In this document: positions 1 through 10,813 of the stretch, in pieces
Layout: every line of letters begins with the position of its first letter
How positions within the stretch are numbered: position 1 is the first letter of the stretch
Assembly: GCF_964355755.1 (NCBI RefSeq)
Contig: NC_092671.1
Span: 3,658,001 to 3,722,000 of the forward strand
Direction: 5' to 3'
DNA length: 64,000 nt
From: Antedon mediterranea
Lineage: Eukaryota > Animalia > Echinodermata
Translations under genes and position numbers: made by a program
Notes under the pieces: generated by a model
Told to the model about the DNA's origin: nothing
Seen by the model: the letters and a program-made list of their open reading frames with translations, nothing else
Database searches by the model: none

Positions 1-506
1 AAACTCGCATTGGTAACTGTAGTCGTATGTGTTCACGAGTTTCTTTATGTGTCGTGTTACCCAATTAAATACAATTATCGATATTACATTGAATGTAAAT
101 CCTACACCATGCAGATGTCTTATGGAATTATGTACATCGATAATACAAGAACACATGTTATGAATATGAAATATTTGACCCAGGGTCAAGATAGAAAAGT
201 CGATGACCGCAAAGACTGATGAATGAATATTATATTGCATACCGCTAACATAACATAATATTTGTTTTTCTAAAATAATGTTGTCTTCATATAATTTTCC
301 AAAGAAGTTCTATACTCATGTATACCTCACAAGCCAAAAGTTCCAGTTTACAAGAACTAACAGAATTTGTAAAACCAAATACAAAACAGTTATTACGGTT
401 ACAGAGGTTACAAAGTTTCTTTGGCATTTTATTATTATTGTATGAATGAAACATTTGAAATACAGTATGTTTACAATGATAGTTATTCTCACTAAATGTA
501 CAGTAA

Positions 507-775
507 AGCCTGGTTTCCATAAAATCGCTACACCGTTTCTATTGAAATCGCTACACGCGCAGATGTCGCCGACGCGCATCGGGAAGGTCTCCCCGATTCA
601 TCGCAGACAAATCGGCAAACTTCAACCATGTTCAACTTTGCCGATTTTGTCGGCGATGAATCGTATACGCGTACCAAAGAATATTTAGCGCTCGCGTACT
701 AGATCCCCGATAAATTCTAGCGTTTCCGTAGAATCGCTACGCTCTGTCGTGTAGCGATTTTATGGAAACCAGGCT
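507..775. mobile_element. MITE, PIF/Harbinger (Tourist)-like
   Basis: Perfect 27-bp TIRs AGCCTGGTTTCCATAAAATCGCTACAC (507-533) and its reverse complement (749-775), flanked by TAA direct repeats (504-506, 776-778). No transposase. Confidence 0.88.
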
Positions 776-2589
776 TAATGAAATGGAAATAAAGGCTAGT
801 GTGTCTCACAAAAAAAAAAAAAAGTTTCTTTGGGTGACAGAGATGACCAATAGTATACCAAAACATATTATAGACCGTTGTTTATCTTTAGTGTTTACAG
901 CAACACAAATTCAAATTTAGGTGACACGTCTAAATGGACTCTCCTATATTAAAGGGATACAGTACTCCTATTAAGTGGATACTTTGTTGAGTCCTAAAGG
1001 TGTTCCCTGTTGCAATTTTGACTGAATAGTTATGCATTCAGTAGGTCTATATATTTGAGAAGAGGATTAGAATTTGAGGACCAGGTTATACGTTAATAAC
1101 ACAAACAAAATCAGTTCTGTTTAATTATGCACGTTTAGGTAATCATACCCGCCAATCATTATCCAGGCTACTGTATAATTAAAACCTTTTCGATATTAAT
1201 TGACATTGACTTTGACATATCGAGTTATATCTGGCCTAGCCCACCTGTGGCAGGTAGACGACAACCAGAACCGCCTGTCGCACGTGCCACAGGTAGCTTT
1301 CGTGTGCCGCTATGTCCAACAATAAAGGACGATAATCGAAAACCTCTGGGCCTACACACCTTCACCCCTTTAGGTTCAGTAAACATAGAAACATTCGCCC
1401 TTTGATGAGTATTTTCTAGGTAAATAGAACAACAATGAAATCACCACAGGTAAACAGGTTTTTATACCTGGCGGCATTTCAAAGTAAATTTAAATATTTG
1501 TTGCGTTTACTGTTTTCCTTTAGGCCTTTTTAAATGAGATGCACCTGATGAAATACATATACAAATTCTGTTATAGACCTATCGGGCCAACTCTAATTTT
1601 ACAAGCCCTTGTCAATATATAATTGTCATCTTATAATTATTTTTAAAACTATGAAGGTACAATATAGGCTCCTATTACGGAGTTCCCCATGTTATCCCCT
1701 CAATAGTGCTTCTTCTGAATTGGCCGCATTTTATTATTACTATTATCATTACTCCACGTTTATCTAACAGAAAAAATCATTTAAAAAGATGCCCCCCTAC
1801 CTACTTGAATAGGTACCAGTGGAATAGGGATGTCCCAAGGAGAGGTTCTAAAGTAATATCTAAAATACGAAAAAAACAAATATTAAACGTTAGAGCACAT
1901 GCGAGCAAAAATCTACGTGTTTTATACAATACTTATATTAAAATAAGTTTGTTACAGTGTAACATGTGTTACATTATAACATTACTACCATTTTTAACAC
2001 TTTGATTTGTATTTGATTTTAGTCTATAACTTCTTTCGTGTATTAGGATATTTTAAACAATGATTATATTGATTGATTATTTTTTCTTAATACAATTAAG
2101 CTTAGCAACATTCATAATGACTCATATGAATCCGATAGCCACGGTGTGGTGGGTAATGATTAAATATTGACGAGTCAAGGGCAGTGCCCGGAGCACAAAT
2201 TTACCATCAATATACGATGCTGGTTTTCTGCATGTAAAATTGCAGACGACAATTTTCGACTATCATATTTCGCGCTGAACAACGGACAACTACAAGTCAA
2301 ATATAGAAACTTGGCCGTCGTCAATTTGAGAAACACAAAAAATGAAATTCGATTAAGTACAGTGGATGTTATGAGTGGTCTGTTTGTTAGTGCTTGTATA
2401 GTTCAATATCGTCCAGACGTGGCGGGAAAGGTTACCGTCTGGTTAGCTAAATATCGAACGGCCACGATTCGTCCGAATTCATTTCAGAATTCCAAAGTTA
2501 TTTTAGTTGATTAAGATAGTAGGAGACGTTGACACGAATTGCTGTTACTTAACCTAGACAAAACATTTATATAATTAGAAACTTCTCGG

Positions 2590-2818
2590 CCAATAGAATT
2601 GCAAGGACAGTGAAGTCCACACGAGAGTTGCGCATTGGTTGAATGTTTATTACGCGCCGGTCAGAATACCAATAAGCCAGTGGACATTACCAATCGAAGA
2701 TATGACGACTGATGACGCGTGATAAATCGAAACCTGTGACTTCAATTTGACATTGCCTCTTACTATGTAGATGTATTGTGTGATATTTTTTCTTAAACCG
2801 CACGTGTTGGATCAGGTG
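2590..2818 (+). promoter_or_regulatory. Candidate proximal promoter of bHLH gene 1 (CCAAT-box cluster plus E-boxes)
   Basis: Four CCAAT/ATTGG boxes (2590, 2634, 2669, 2690), then CACGTG (2801) and CAGGTG (2813), all 100-330 bp upstream of the ATG at 2924 in CpG-richer sequence. Confidence 0.5.
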
Positions 2819-2923
2819 TGTTATCGTCAAGTCGTCTGTTCAATCGGTACGTTTTATTGTCCGGCCTGTCAACTTCACAACGGGCATTTCGACAAAACTA
2901 CGTACGATTTTTAACCTAAAGAT

Positions 2924-4526
2924 ATGAGTGAGGTTTTGACTCGGGATAGAATGCCAATGCATAGAGCATCGTATCTCAGTCGTCATCAACGAGGGGGATA
3001 CGTTAGTGTGGAAGAACTTCTACAGCCGGACAAGAAAACAAGAATACCAACAACAAACCTGGATGTTAACGCTAATTATAAAAGAAGCAAAACTATTTGG
3101 TCAGGACAAAAGGTTATTGACTCAACACATGCACATATTTCACACAACAATTTAAAAGGACAGAAAATACAAGAACAGTCGCCAAAACGAAGTAAATTAA
3201 ATATATTGACATCTACGGTTTTGGATGAAAATATTAAACCATCTGATAATACTGAGAAACGAACAATTTTAAAACAAAACAGTTTACGCAACGGAGGTGA
3301 TAAACTAAATATGCGCGATTGGGATCACCATTCCCCGCGAGAGGTTGCGGTCTTAAAGAGACAAGATGGAGATGATGAGGGCCTGACACATCAGCGGGCA
3401 AACATGTCAGATAATGTAAGATATGACAACACCGAGTCGCATCTTCATGTTGATGTGTGTAACAGCAGTGAAGAGGACACAGAAATTGCTGTTTTGTCAT
3501 CTTCTTCGGCATCTTTTACCGATGACGAACAGTTGGAAGAAAATGACCGTCTTATAAAAGATGCAACACAGCCTGGCCCGACTTTAATACGGACCAACTT
3601 GGGTTTTCACGTCAAAGATACAGCTAACCGTAAAACGGATAGGCCTAGAAGAAATTCATTTGAGTCTCTATCCGGTACTAAATTACCTAATAATATTTTT
3701 TCATCTGTTGCTAATTCATCGAATTTTCCTGGTTGTTTGTATTTACCTAGTTCTCATTTGAATCCGTATTCTTTACTTATGAATTCAGCTGGGGCCACTC
3801 CGGCCATATCTCGTTCAAGCCGACCATCTCCAGCCTTAGGACTTTACCCACTACCATTTATGTTTCCACCAAATTCTAAAACACCGTGTCCCCACACGGC
3901 ATCTAAACCCCTACCCGAAAATGTACCAGGAACAGGTTTTTCACCAATAAGGCCAGTACCAACATGTAACCTTGTTCGACCATGTTTTAACCCAAATATA
4001 AACTCTCATGTATTTCCGACTATGGTACCCGGCCCTCATATACCACCACTAAGGCCACTTTCACATCAAGATGGGCCTAGGGGTACGGCTCCAAACCTAG
4101 GCCCTCATCACCTTGCTCAACTATGGGCTAGAAATGCTTTAAATCTCCGTTCTGGAACTCATGAAGAAAAGAACAATGCTGAAAATACACGATCGTCTCG
4201 TTCTGAAGCTAAGCGTACGACAACAACGAGAAAAAGGCATTTGAGTACGGAGAGCAACAACTCGGACGAGGACCCGGAGGATGCATTGGAACGAAGAAAA
4301 CAGGCAAACGCTAGAGAAAGGGAGAGAGTTAGTAATCTTAATTCTGGTTTTGAAAACTTACGTCAAGTTTTACCCTGGATGAACCACAATCGAAGGGTAA
4401 GCAAAGTGGACACTCTAAGGGCAGCTATTGCTTATATTGGACATTTACAACAAACATTATGGGACGCCGAGTGGGCTACGCATTTACAAACGTATTCACA
4501 GGCATCTGTAGGCTTTAGTCATAATG
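2924..4526 (+). CDS. bHLH transcription factor gene 1 (FIGLA-like, achaete-scute-related), exon 1
   Basis: Long open frame with a Ser/Pro-rich N-terminus and bHLH LERRKQANARERERVSNLNSGFENLRQVLPWMNHNRRVSKVDTLRAAIAYIGHLQQTL (4286-4463). It aligns without gaps to the FIGLA bHLH as I recall it (LERRRVANAKERERIKNLNRGF...SKVDIL). Phase-1 donor G|GTAAGT at 4526/4527; the ORF-track tail beyond this is intron read-through. Confidence 0.92.
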
Positions 4527-5386
4527 GTAAGTTTGTTTTTAATTATTGTAGATTTATAATTATTCTAACATAAATAAAACAGTTGATATCATAAGATCTT
4601 TACAATTCATATTTGTTTGGAAATGCAATGTATTACAGAAAGATTGAACAAAATATTTAACATTTAGATTTATACCAAAGTAATATCACATATTATATAC
4701 ATGTATTTTACCATCTTTGTTCACTATACTCATACTACTGGTAATTTTCTTCGATTTACATTTTTTTTTGTAATGGAAATTCAATAATTTTCCATTTAGC
4801 AGAGTTTCTTACACGAAATTAAATAACGTAAGGATCTAAATATATTTAAATTTAGTTAATAACTTTATTCCAATTAAATTCTTTAAAAAATATTTAACGT
4901 TAGTTTAGATTTGCAAATTCATTATAAATATAGTTCGCTTGCAGCTTTTACAACAAATGATGTTAATACCGGTACCACTGTTTAGTAACGTTATATGTTT
5001 TACTTTTTAATTATGAATAATTGAAATAAATAGAATTTTTATATGTTTATACTTGTTATATTATAATGTACTTCCACAATCCAACCTAAATCAGCGTTGT
5101 TGCAAATTGATATTCTAGGATATTTTAGGTTTGTTTGTGGAAGATGCTATTGTTAATTGTTCCTGGTTAATGTTGATGATTTGTATATGGATGTACTATC
5201 CGAAATAAATGAAATGAATGAATGAATGACTGAATAATATAAATTTGACCAAATCATTAATGCCACTTCTTTTTAATAAACGAGAATTTAATCGAATTGA
5301 AAAAAAGTTTTTTTCTATTCTAAATTGTTTCTGTGAGGGAATTGGCAACTAATTAATTATGTACGTCCTTCTTTTTCTTGTTTCAG

Positions 5387-5520
5387 CTTTCCGAAGTCCA
5401 GCAATGGAACCTTTTCCATTCCAGTCAATGCATCCGTACAGTTTTATACGGCCTAGGCATTTGCCTTCATTTGGACCAACGGCTCCTATGCCAACCCTAT
5501 CCACAGAAATATCAGCACCA
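5387..5520 (+). CDS. bHLH gene 1, exon 2 (Pro-rich C-terminal segment)
   Basis: Strong acceptor CTTTTTCTTGTTTCAG and donor CCA|GTAAGT. In frame with the phase-1 end of exon 1: AFRSPAMEPFPFQSMHPYSFIRPRHLPSFGPTAPMPTLSTEISAP, ending in phase 0. Confidence 0.85.
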
Positions 5521-5677
5521 GTAAGTTATATTTATTTTGTTACTTTTCAGGAACATTTATTAACTTCAATATTGGCAAAATGATATCTGTAACAATTAGG
5601 TATTGCGATTCAAAGATTTCTTTCAAGAGATAATCATTATTTTTATTTATAAAAATTATTTATTTATTTATAAATAC

Positions 5678-5830
5678 ATCTTGCACTGATGAAGGGCTGG
5701 TGTCGCCCGAAAGCTCTGGTAACTTTTCTAGCTGTTTTACTTCTCGTTTTGATTTAGCTTTTCGCTTTTATTTTGAATCTCTATTGAGATCCAGCCACTG
5801 ATACCCACATCATTGTTATTTTTTCAGTAA
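5678..5830 (+). mobile_element. Penelope-like element terminal-repeat fragment carrying a minimal type I hammerhead ribozyme motif
   Basis: TTGCA-CTGATGA-A-GGGC-loop-GCCC-GAAA-GC-TC-TGGTAA at 5681-5722, followed by T-rich sequence. This layout is typical of PLE-associated minimal hammerheads. Confidence 0.6.
5681..5722 (+). ncRNA. Minimal hammerhead ribozyme motif (type I)
   Basis: Core CUGAUGA 5686-5692; helix II GGGC/GCCC (5694-5697/5705-5708); GAAA 5709-5712; palindromic AGCU helix III; predicted cleavage after C5716; helix I UUGCA/UGGUAA with one bulged G and a G-U pair. Confidence 0.55.
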
Positions 5831-6060
5831 TTTTCCTTTGGATTTATTTATAAAAAAAATATAGTTATATATAATAAAAAAAACAACAACAGTAGATAAA
5901 ACTCTGCCACGTAGTATGGTTAACAGTATGGTATGGTTAACAGAAACACAAGAATATAACAATTATTAGGTAGGCCTATCATAATAAGAAACACAATTAA
6001 TTCTTGTCTCATGCAAGACCCCAAAGAAAAATGTATTATAGCGCCCATTTCTATCACATA

Positions 6061-6285
6061 CATCTATCTATCTATCCATCTATCTAGGCATTAGTTCATC
6101 CATTGTTGAATGAAGCCCTCCTCATAACATTTCCATTTCTGTCTAATTCTTGCTATCCTAGTCCATGCAGCCGTTCCAATGTATGTTGTTAGATCATCTC
6201 TCCACCTTCTTTTTTGTCTTCCTCTTTTCCTCTTTCCTACCCTTGGTTGCCATTCTGTTAATCTGTATGTCTATCTATTATCTTG
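6061..6285 (-). mobile_element. RTE-clade LINE 3' fragment
   Basis: Minus strand translates to QDNR*TYRLTEWQPRVGKRKRGRQKRRWRDDLTTYIGTAAWTRIARIRQKWKCYEEGFIQQWMN*, the typical RTE ORF C-terminus, followed by a (TAGA)n tail. One in-frame stop. Confidence 0.88.
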
Positions 6286-7110
6286 AAATCTCGTGAAATC
6301 ACATACATAACATTGGTTAAATAAAACAAAGACAAATTTTTTCCATAAACTTTATTTTATAAAATAATTTTAACCATAACTTGAAATTAAAGCATTGATT
6401 TTTAGTGTTCACTTTTACATTGACTTAAGACATCTAAAACCTGACTAAATCCATTTGACATGTCTATATGTTTAATAATAAAATAATCATAGAACCATAT
6501 TTAACGATTAAGTTAGCGATGAATTTGCATAACAAAATCCCATGGTCAAATAATTATGTTAACATTCGTATTATTATGTTAAATTATACCTCACATTACT
6601 GTATGTTAGGAACATTTAGAATTGGTTATGAAAGAGTTTTATCTTGGAATTCAATTTATGTTTATATTAGGGTTAATTCGAAGAAATGTTTTGTGAGATT
6701 GATTACATCTAATTTTCTTGAAGAGTATAACTTAATTTTAAGGCGTCTGATATCAAATGTAATGTTGCTGGATCTGTTAAGAGGGCTGTTAAACCTTTCC
6801 CTATTGTCATTTCATACGTTGATGTTGCATATATTTTACTAGTTTAAAAAGTGAATAAATTAATGATTTATTTGTCTGTCAGATTAGAATTATTAATTGA
6901 TAGATATTGAACATTCCTTTTTGTATTGTTTTTTTAAAAACATATTTTAAAGATCTACAATATCCTAATGAAGGGAAGGGCTTTAAAACCAGGTTTAGAG
7001 TAGGTTGTACTATTTTGTTCATTATCATATACCCTGTTTATCCGTTATTGTATTTCTACCGTTTTATTTATCAGTACAAATTTTTGCAGTAGAAATTAAT
7101 TTAACCACAG

Positions 7111-7128
7111 ATGCCATGTTTCCAATGA
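7111..7128 (+). CDS. bHLH gene 1, candidate terminal exon (MPCFQ*)
   Basis: CCACAG|ATGCCATGTTTCCAATGA in phase 0, resembling the candidate last exon of gene 2 (CACCAG|CCGCCATGTTTCAAT). The polypyrimidine tract is weak, and an alternative acceptor at 7089 would give an immediate stop. Confidence 0.4.
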   Translation: MPCFQ

Positions 7129-10100
7129 TTTTATCATGATTCCATCTGAACCGAATCAACGTCCGTAGACTTTCGGCAGCATTGTCATACCATTATATAT
7201 TTTCTGTTCGGCTCTTGTTGGTTTTATGTCAAGTGTGATCAGCCTAAATATGCTATTGTTATTCCGGGGTCCTTGGCGAATGAACTAAAAAAGCACGTAC
7301 GATTCACGTAGCTAATTTCATACATTGGTCGCCAACCGATACCCCGTTCCGTTAATCGGTATAACTATTATTTACATGTCATATATTACATGTAAAACAA
7401 TTAAATTTAAATGGTTCGTGAGGTTTTAAACCGTAATCTGAAATCTTGTAAATCCTTTACAAGAAATTAGTTATAGAATATGTATAGAAACACTTTGCAG
7501 GCGTACTGTATTTATAGAGGTGTATGATATCCCAATACAAACTGAGGGTTTGCTAGGCCCAACTTCCCAAACGTTTTACATTACAGTATGTTCTGGTGCA
7601 ACAATAGAGAACACATTTGAGAGAATTGACGATCTCTGAAATTGAATCCATCCAACGCATGTAAGCATTTTAGTAAATGATACGAATATGTAATAAGTCA
7701 CAATTTATGTCATTGGCGATTATTATTATCTTAGATACATATCAATGGCGTGTTATGCTTGATATCAATAGCGTGTTATATTTGATAGGCCTAATGTTAT
7801 AATGAATACAAGCCACTGTTTAATAAACCGCGAAGATGTTATCAAACAAATACAAATTGTTTCCAAGAAAGTAGAATCTAAAATTGAGATACACTAAACT
7901 GTAACAAATGCTCACGACTTACACAAGGCTGTTTATTGTTTTTTTTCTCTTTCAAAATATGTCTCAGGGGCGGATCCAGGAATTGTTAAACACGGGAGCT
8001 CTAACATATAATAATATAGTTTGTCAAAGATGTCACTTAAATTTTATCGCTACCTCCTGAAAATATACTAATTTAAGGCTACAAATATTAAGAAGGAAGA
8101 TGGAATTTTGATACTAATATTATACGGAGTTCTATTTTTTTATTCTAGATGATGACAACTTATTTTATTCTCTCACGGGTTCTTATACATTTTCATTATT
8201 TATGAATTATGTTTTCTGATGAACTTTAAAACTTCGGAAATGTAGGCCTACGGGTATGGAAGATGGTTGGGTTTTCATACATACCACTTTATTACATTTT
8301 CCAAAAAAGTTTAGCTTTTATAGAATGCAGTTAATCAAAAAAGAAAACATTTAAAAAGCCTGGTTTACTTTCAATTCTTTGGGTGCCATTTTGCTTAAAT
8401 TAAGATGGTTAAGAATAGTTAAGTGAAAAACTGAGCCTTTACTATCAAACGAATTATTTTTATTATTATAGAATCACCCAATGTTAAGTTGCTTTTTTCC
8501 CTAAGCACTTTTTTCGGATATTCGGATTTCGAAATGAGTTTGGAAAGTTTGTTTTGATGTTTTTCTTTTTTTTGTGGAGATTAACACATCTTGTCTCATT
8601 ACTTGTGTTCATTCTACATTCATTAACAATCATATATTAGTGAACAATAGAAATATTTCTAACTTTGAACAAAGATAAGGCAATATGAAAACAGTAGCAG
8701 TATGCCTTTTTTAATCCGAGTTTTACTTCTCATTAGACGAAAACAATTATGGATCATTATAGGATTTATCTTGTAACCCAGATTTCTTGTTTTGTTAGGA
8801 ATCAAACCCAGTGTTTTCGTAACTGAATCTATTAAAATATGAAGTAATAATTCTAATCAGTAATATCACAATACGTGACAATTGTCCAGTATTTGTAAGT
8901 AACCAGAAGAATGCTTGCAGCAATTTTTAGAAATTATGGTATTTTAGTGTAGACAGAAAGACTACGATGTTCCACTTGTTTGTGAATGAACGCATACTTC
9001 AAATACAGCATGTGTAAAAAATAATCACGTGATAATTTACATGCTTTTAATAAAGAAAAAATAATTATGTTTACAAGGAAAATTCCATTGTAATATTTAA
9101 CAAAACACCAATAGTTAGAGAGTAGGACTTTTTAAAATGTTATGAATGATTTTATTTTGTATTGATATTTTATATATAGGGTAGTCGTCGCATCTTTGTC
9201 TAATTCTCTTCATTGTTTTATTGTTTTATAATTTTATAATAATTATTTTTCTTTTAATTGTTAAATTGTATTAACATTTATTTTTTTTTTCTGATTTCAA
9301 GTAAACCGACGTCATAGAGCAGTTTTCAGTGATTTTTTTTTTCAATCACATTTATGCATTCGTCATAAGTATCATTTACTATAGATTGTTTGAAACACAT
9401 CTTGTAAAATAAATATATAAGTTATAAATCGAGTATGGCTTATTAATTATTAAATGTCCCGTACTTTTTTACTAATTTATTTTTTATACAGTTCTTTTCA
9501 AATTAAATTTAAAGGTTTGCCAAACGATTGGTAAAACATAATGGTCTATACACAACCTTGATATTCAAGTATTGTTACAATAGTTAGTTAAGTATGCTTA
9601 ATCATGTGGATATCAAAACATTAGGCTTTTGTACTAATATTTAGGTGAATGTCCTCAAATTGATACTAAACTATTTTCCTTTGGGAATTCTAATACTTCC
9701 ACAATTAATTCAAGCTTTTGAGCATCAATTATCGTCAGTTTTGTATTTTCTGCTTCTCGTCATAGTTTAGGCCTAGGTTAATGATATAAATTACCAAGAG
9801 GTCGTATGGTGCTAGAGCCACCCAGTACCAAAGCCTGTTCCCTCGGGCCGATCGCCCAGTAAGTACGCGCTCATTTGTCTATAACTACTAGCTAGAGCCT
9901 AGTTTGAGAAGTTCCATTCTTAGCCTATCAGACTGCGACACTACGACAGCGGGCTGGGTGACTGACGATTTGATGTGTTCCCACCAGAGTAAACGGCCCA
10001 TTGTGTTTGTTTTGGGCTTGTCTTCACCCTGGCCCTCGACTGTGGCGCTGTGGTCCTCCTCTGAACTATAGAAACATGAGAAAAGCATACGCATCTTTAT

Positions 10101-10813
10101 CCCAGATAATGAAGTTGAAAAGTATTTGTTTAGCGGCAGATGTTAGGCAGATTTTTTTCGAATTTTGGAATAAACGGAGAATGAACGCGTGACCAAAGCA
10201 GCTGAGAATTCACCTGTGCACACAGAAATCACATGAAATGCCAGCTATATTTCATTACAATTATTGTTTATGGCAGTGAATATATATACAATATAATAAT
10301 TTATAAATATAGAAATTACACTACAAGTAAAAAATCAAGATATAGACATAGATATGTTATTGTCACATAATACAGTAAAATATAAAATGTAATACTCGGC
10401 GCCTTGTTACTATCAATTAAAACAGTCATAAAAACATTAATACCGAAAAAACACATACAAAAGAAAAAAATACAGACATCACAATTGTTGCCTAAAACTA
10501 TTTATTACAATTTCATTCATTATCCCAAACACACATTTTAAGTATCAACAATATTTATTGAAGTACAATGTATAATTTTATAAAAAATTACGATGTATGT
10601 GAGTGATATGTGTATTATAAAGAAAATACAAATAAGTGAATCTTACAAAAGAAAAAGAAAAAAAAAAAAACATTCTCCACACGTATTTTTATATAAATAA
10701 ATACAACTATAATTTCGGGTTAGGGTCAACTTTAATCCACTCAATCCTGATCTAATTATTACAGTATGCTGTGTTATACATTATGTCGTTGTTATATTAT
10801 ATCCTCTTCCTAT

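Noticed and set aside
10-219. 69-aa ORF as the last exon of an upstream gene
   Set aside because: No recognisable domain and no convincing acceptor.
4527-4573. C-terminal KFVFNYCRFIIILT of the 549-aa ORF
   Set aside because: Read-through past a consensus GTAAGT donor; an in-frame exon exists at 5387.
7966-8000. CAGGGGCGGATCCAGG as an intact hAT-like MITE
   Set aside because: Only one end is visible, with no matching TIR or TSD.
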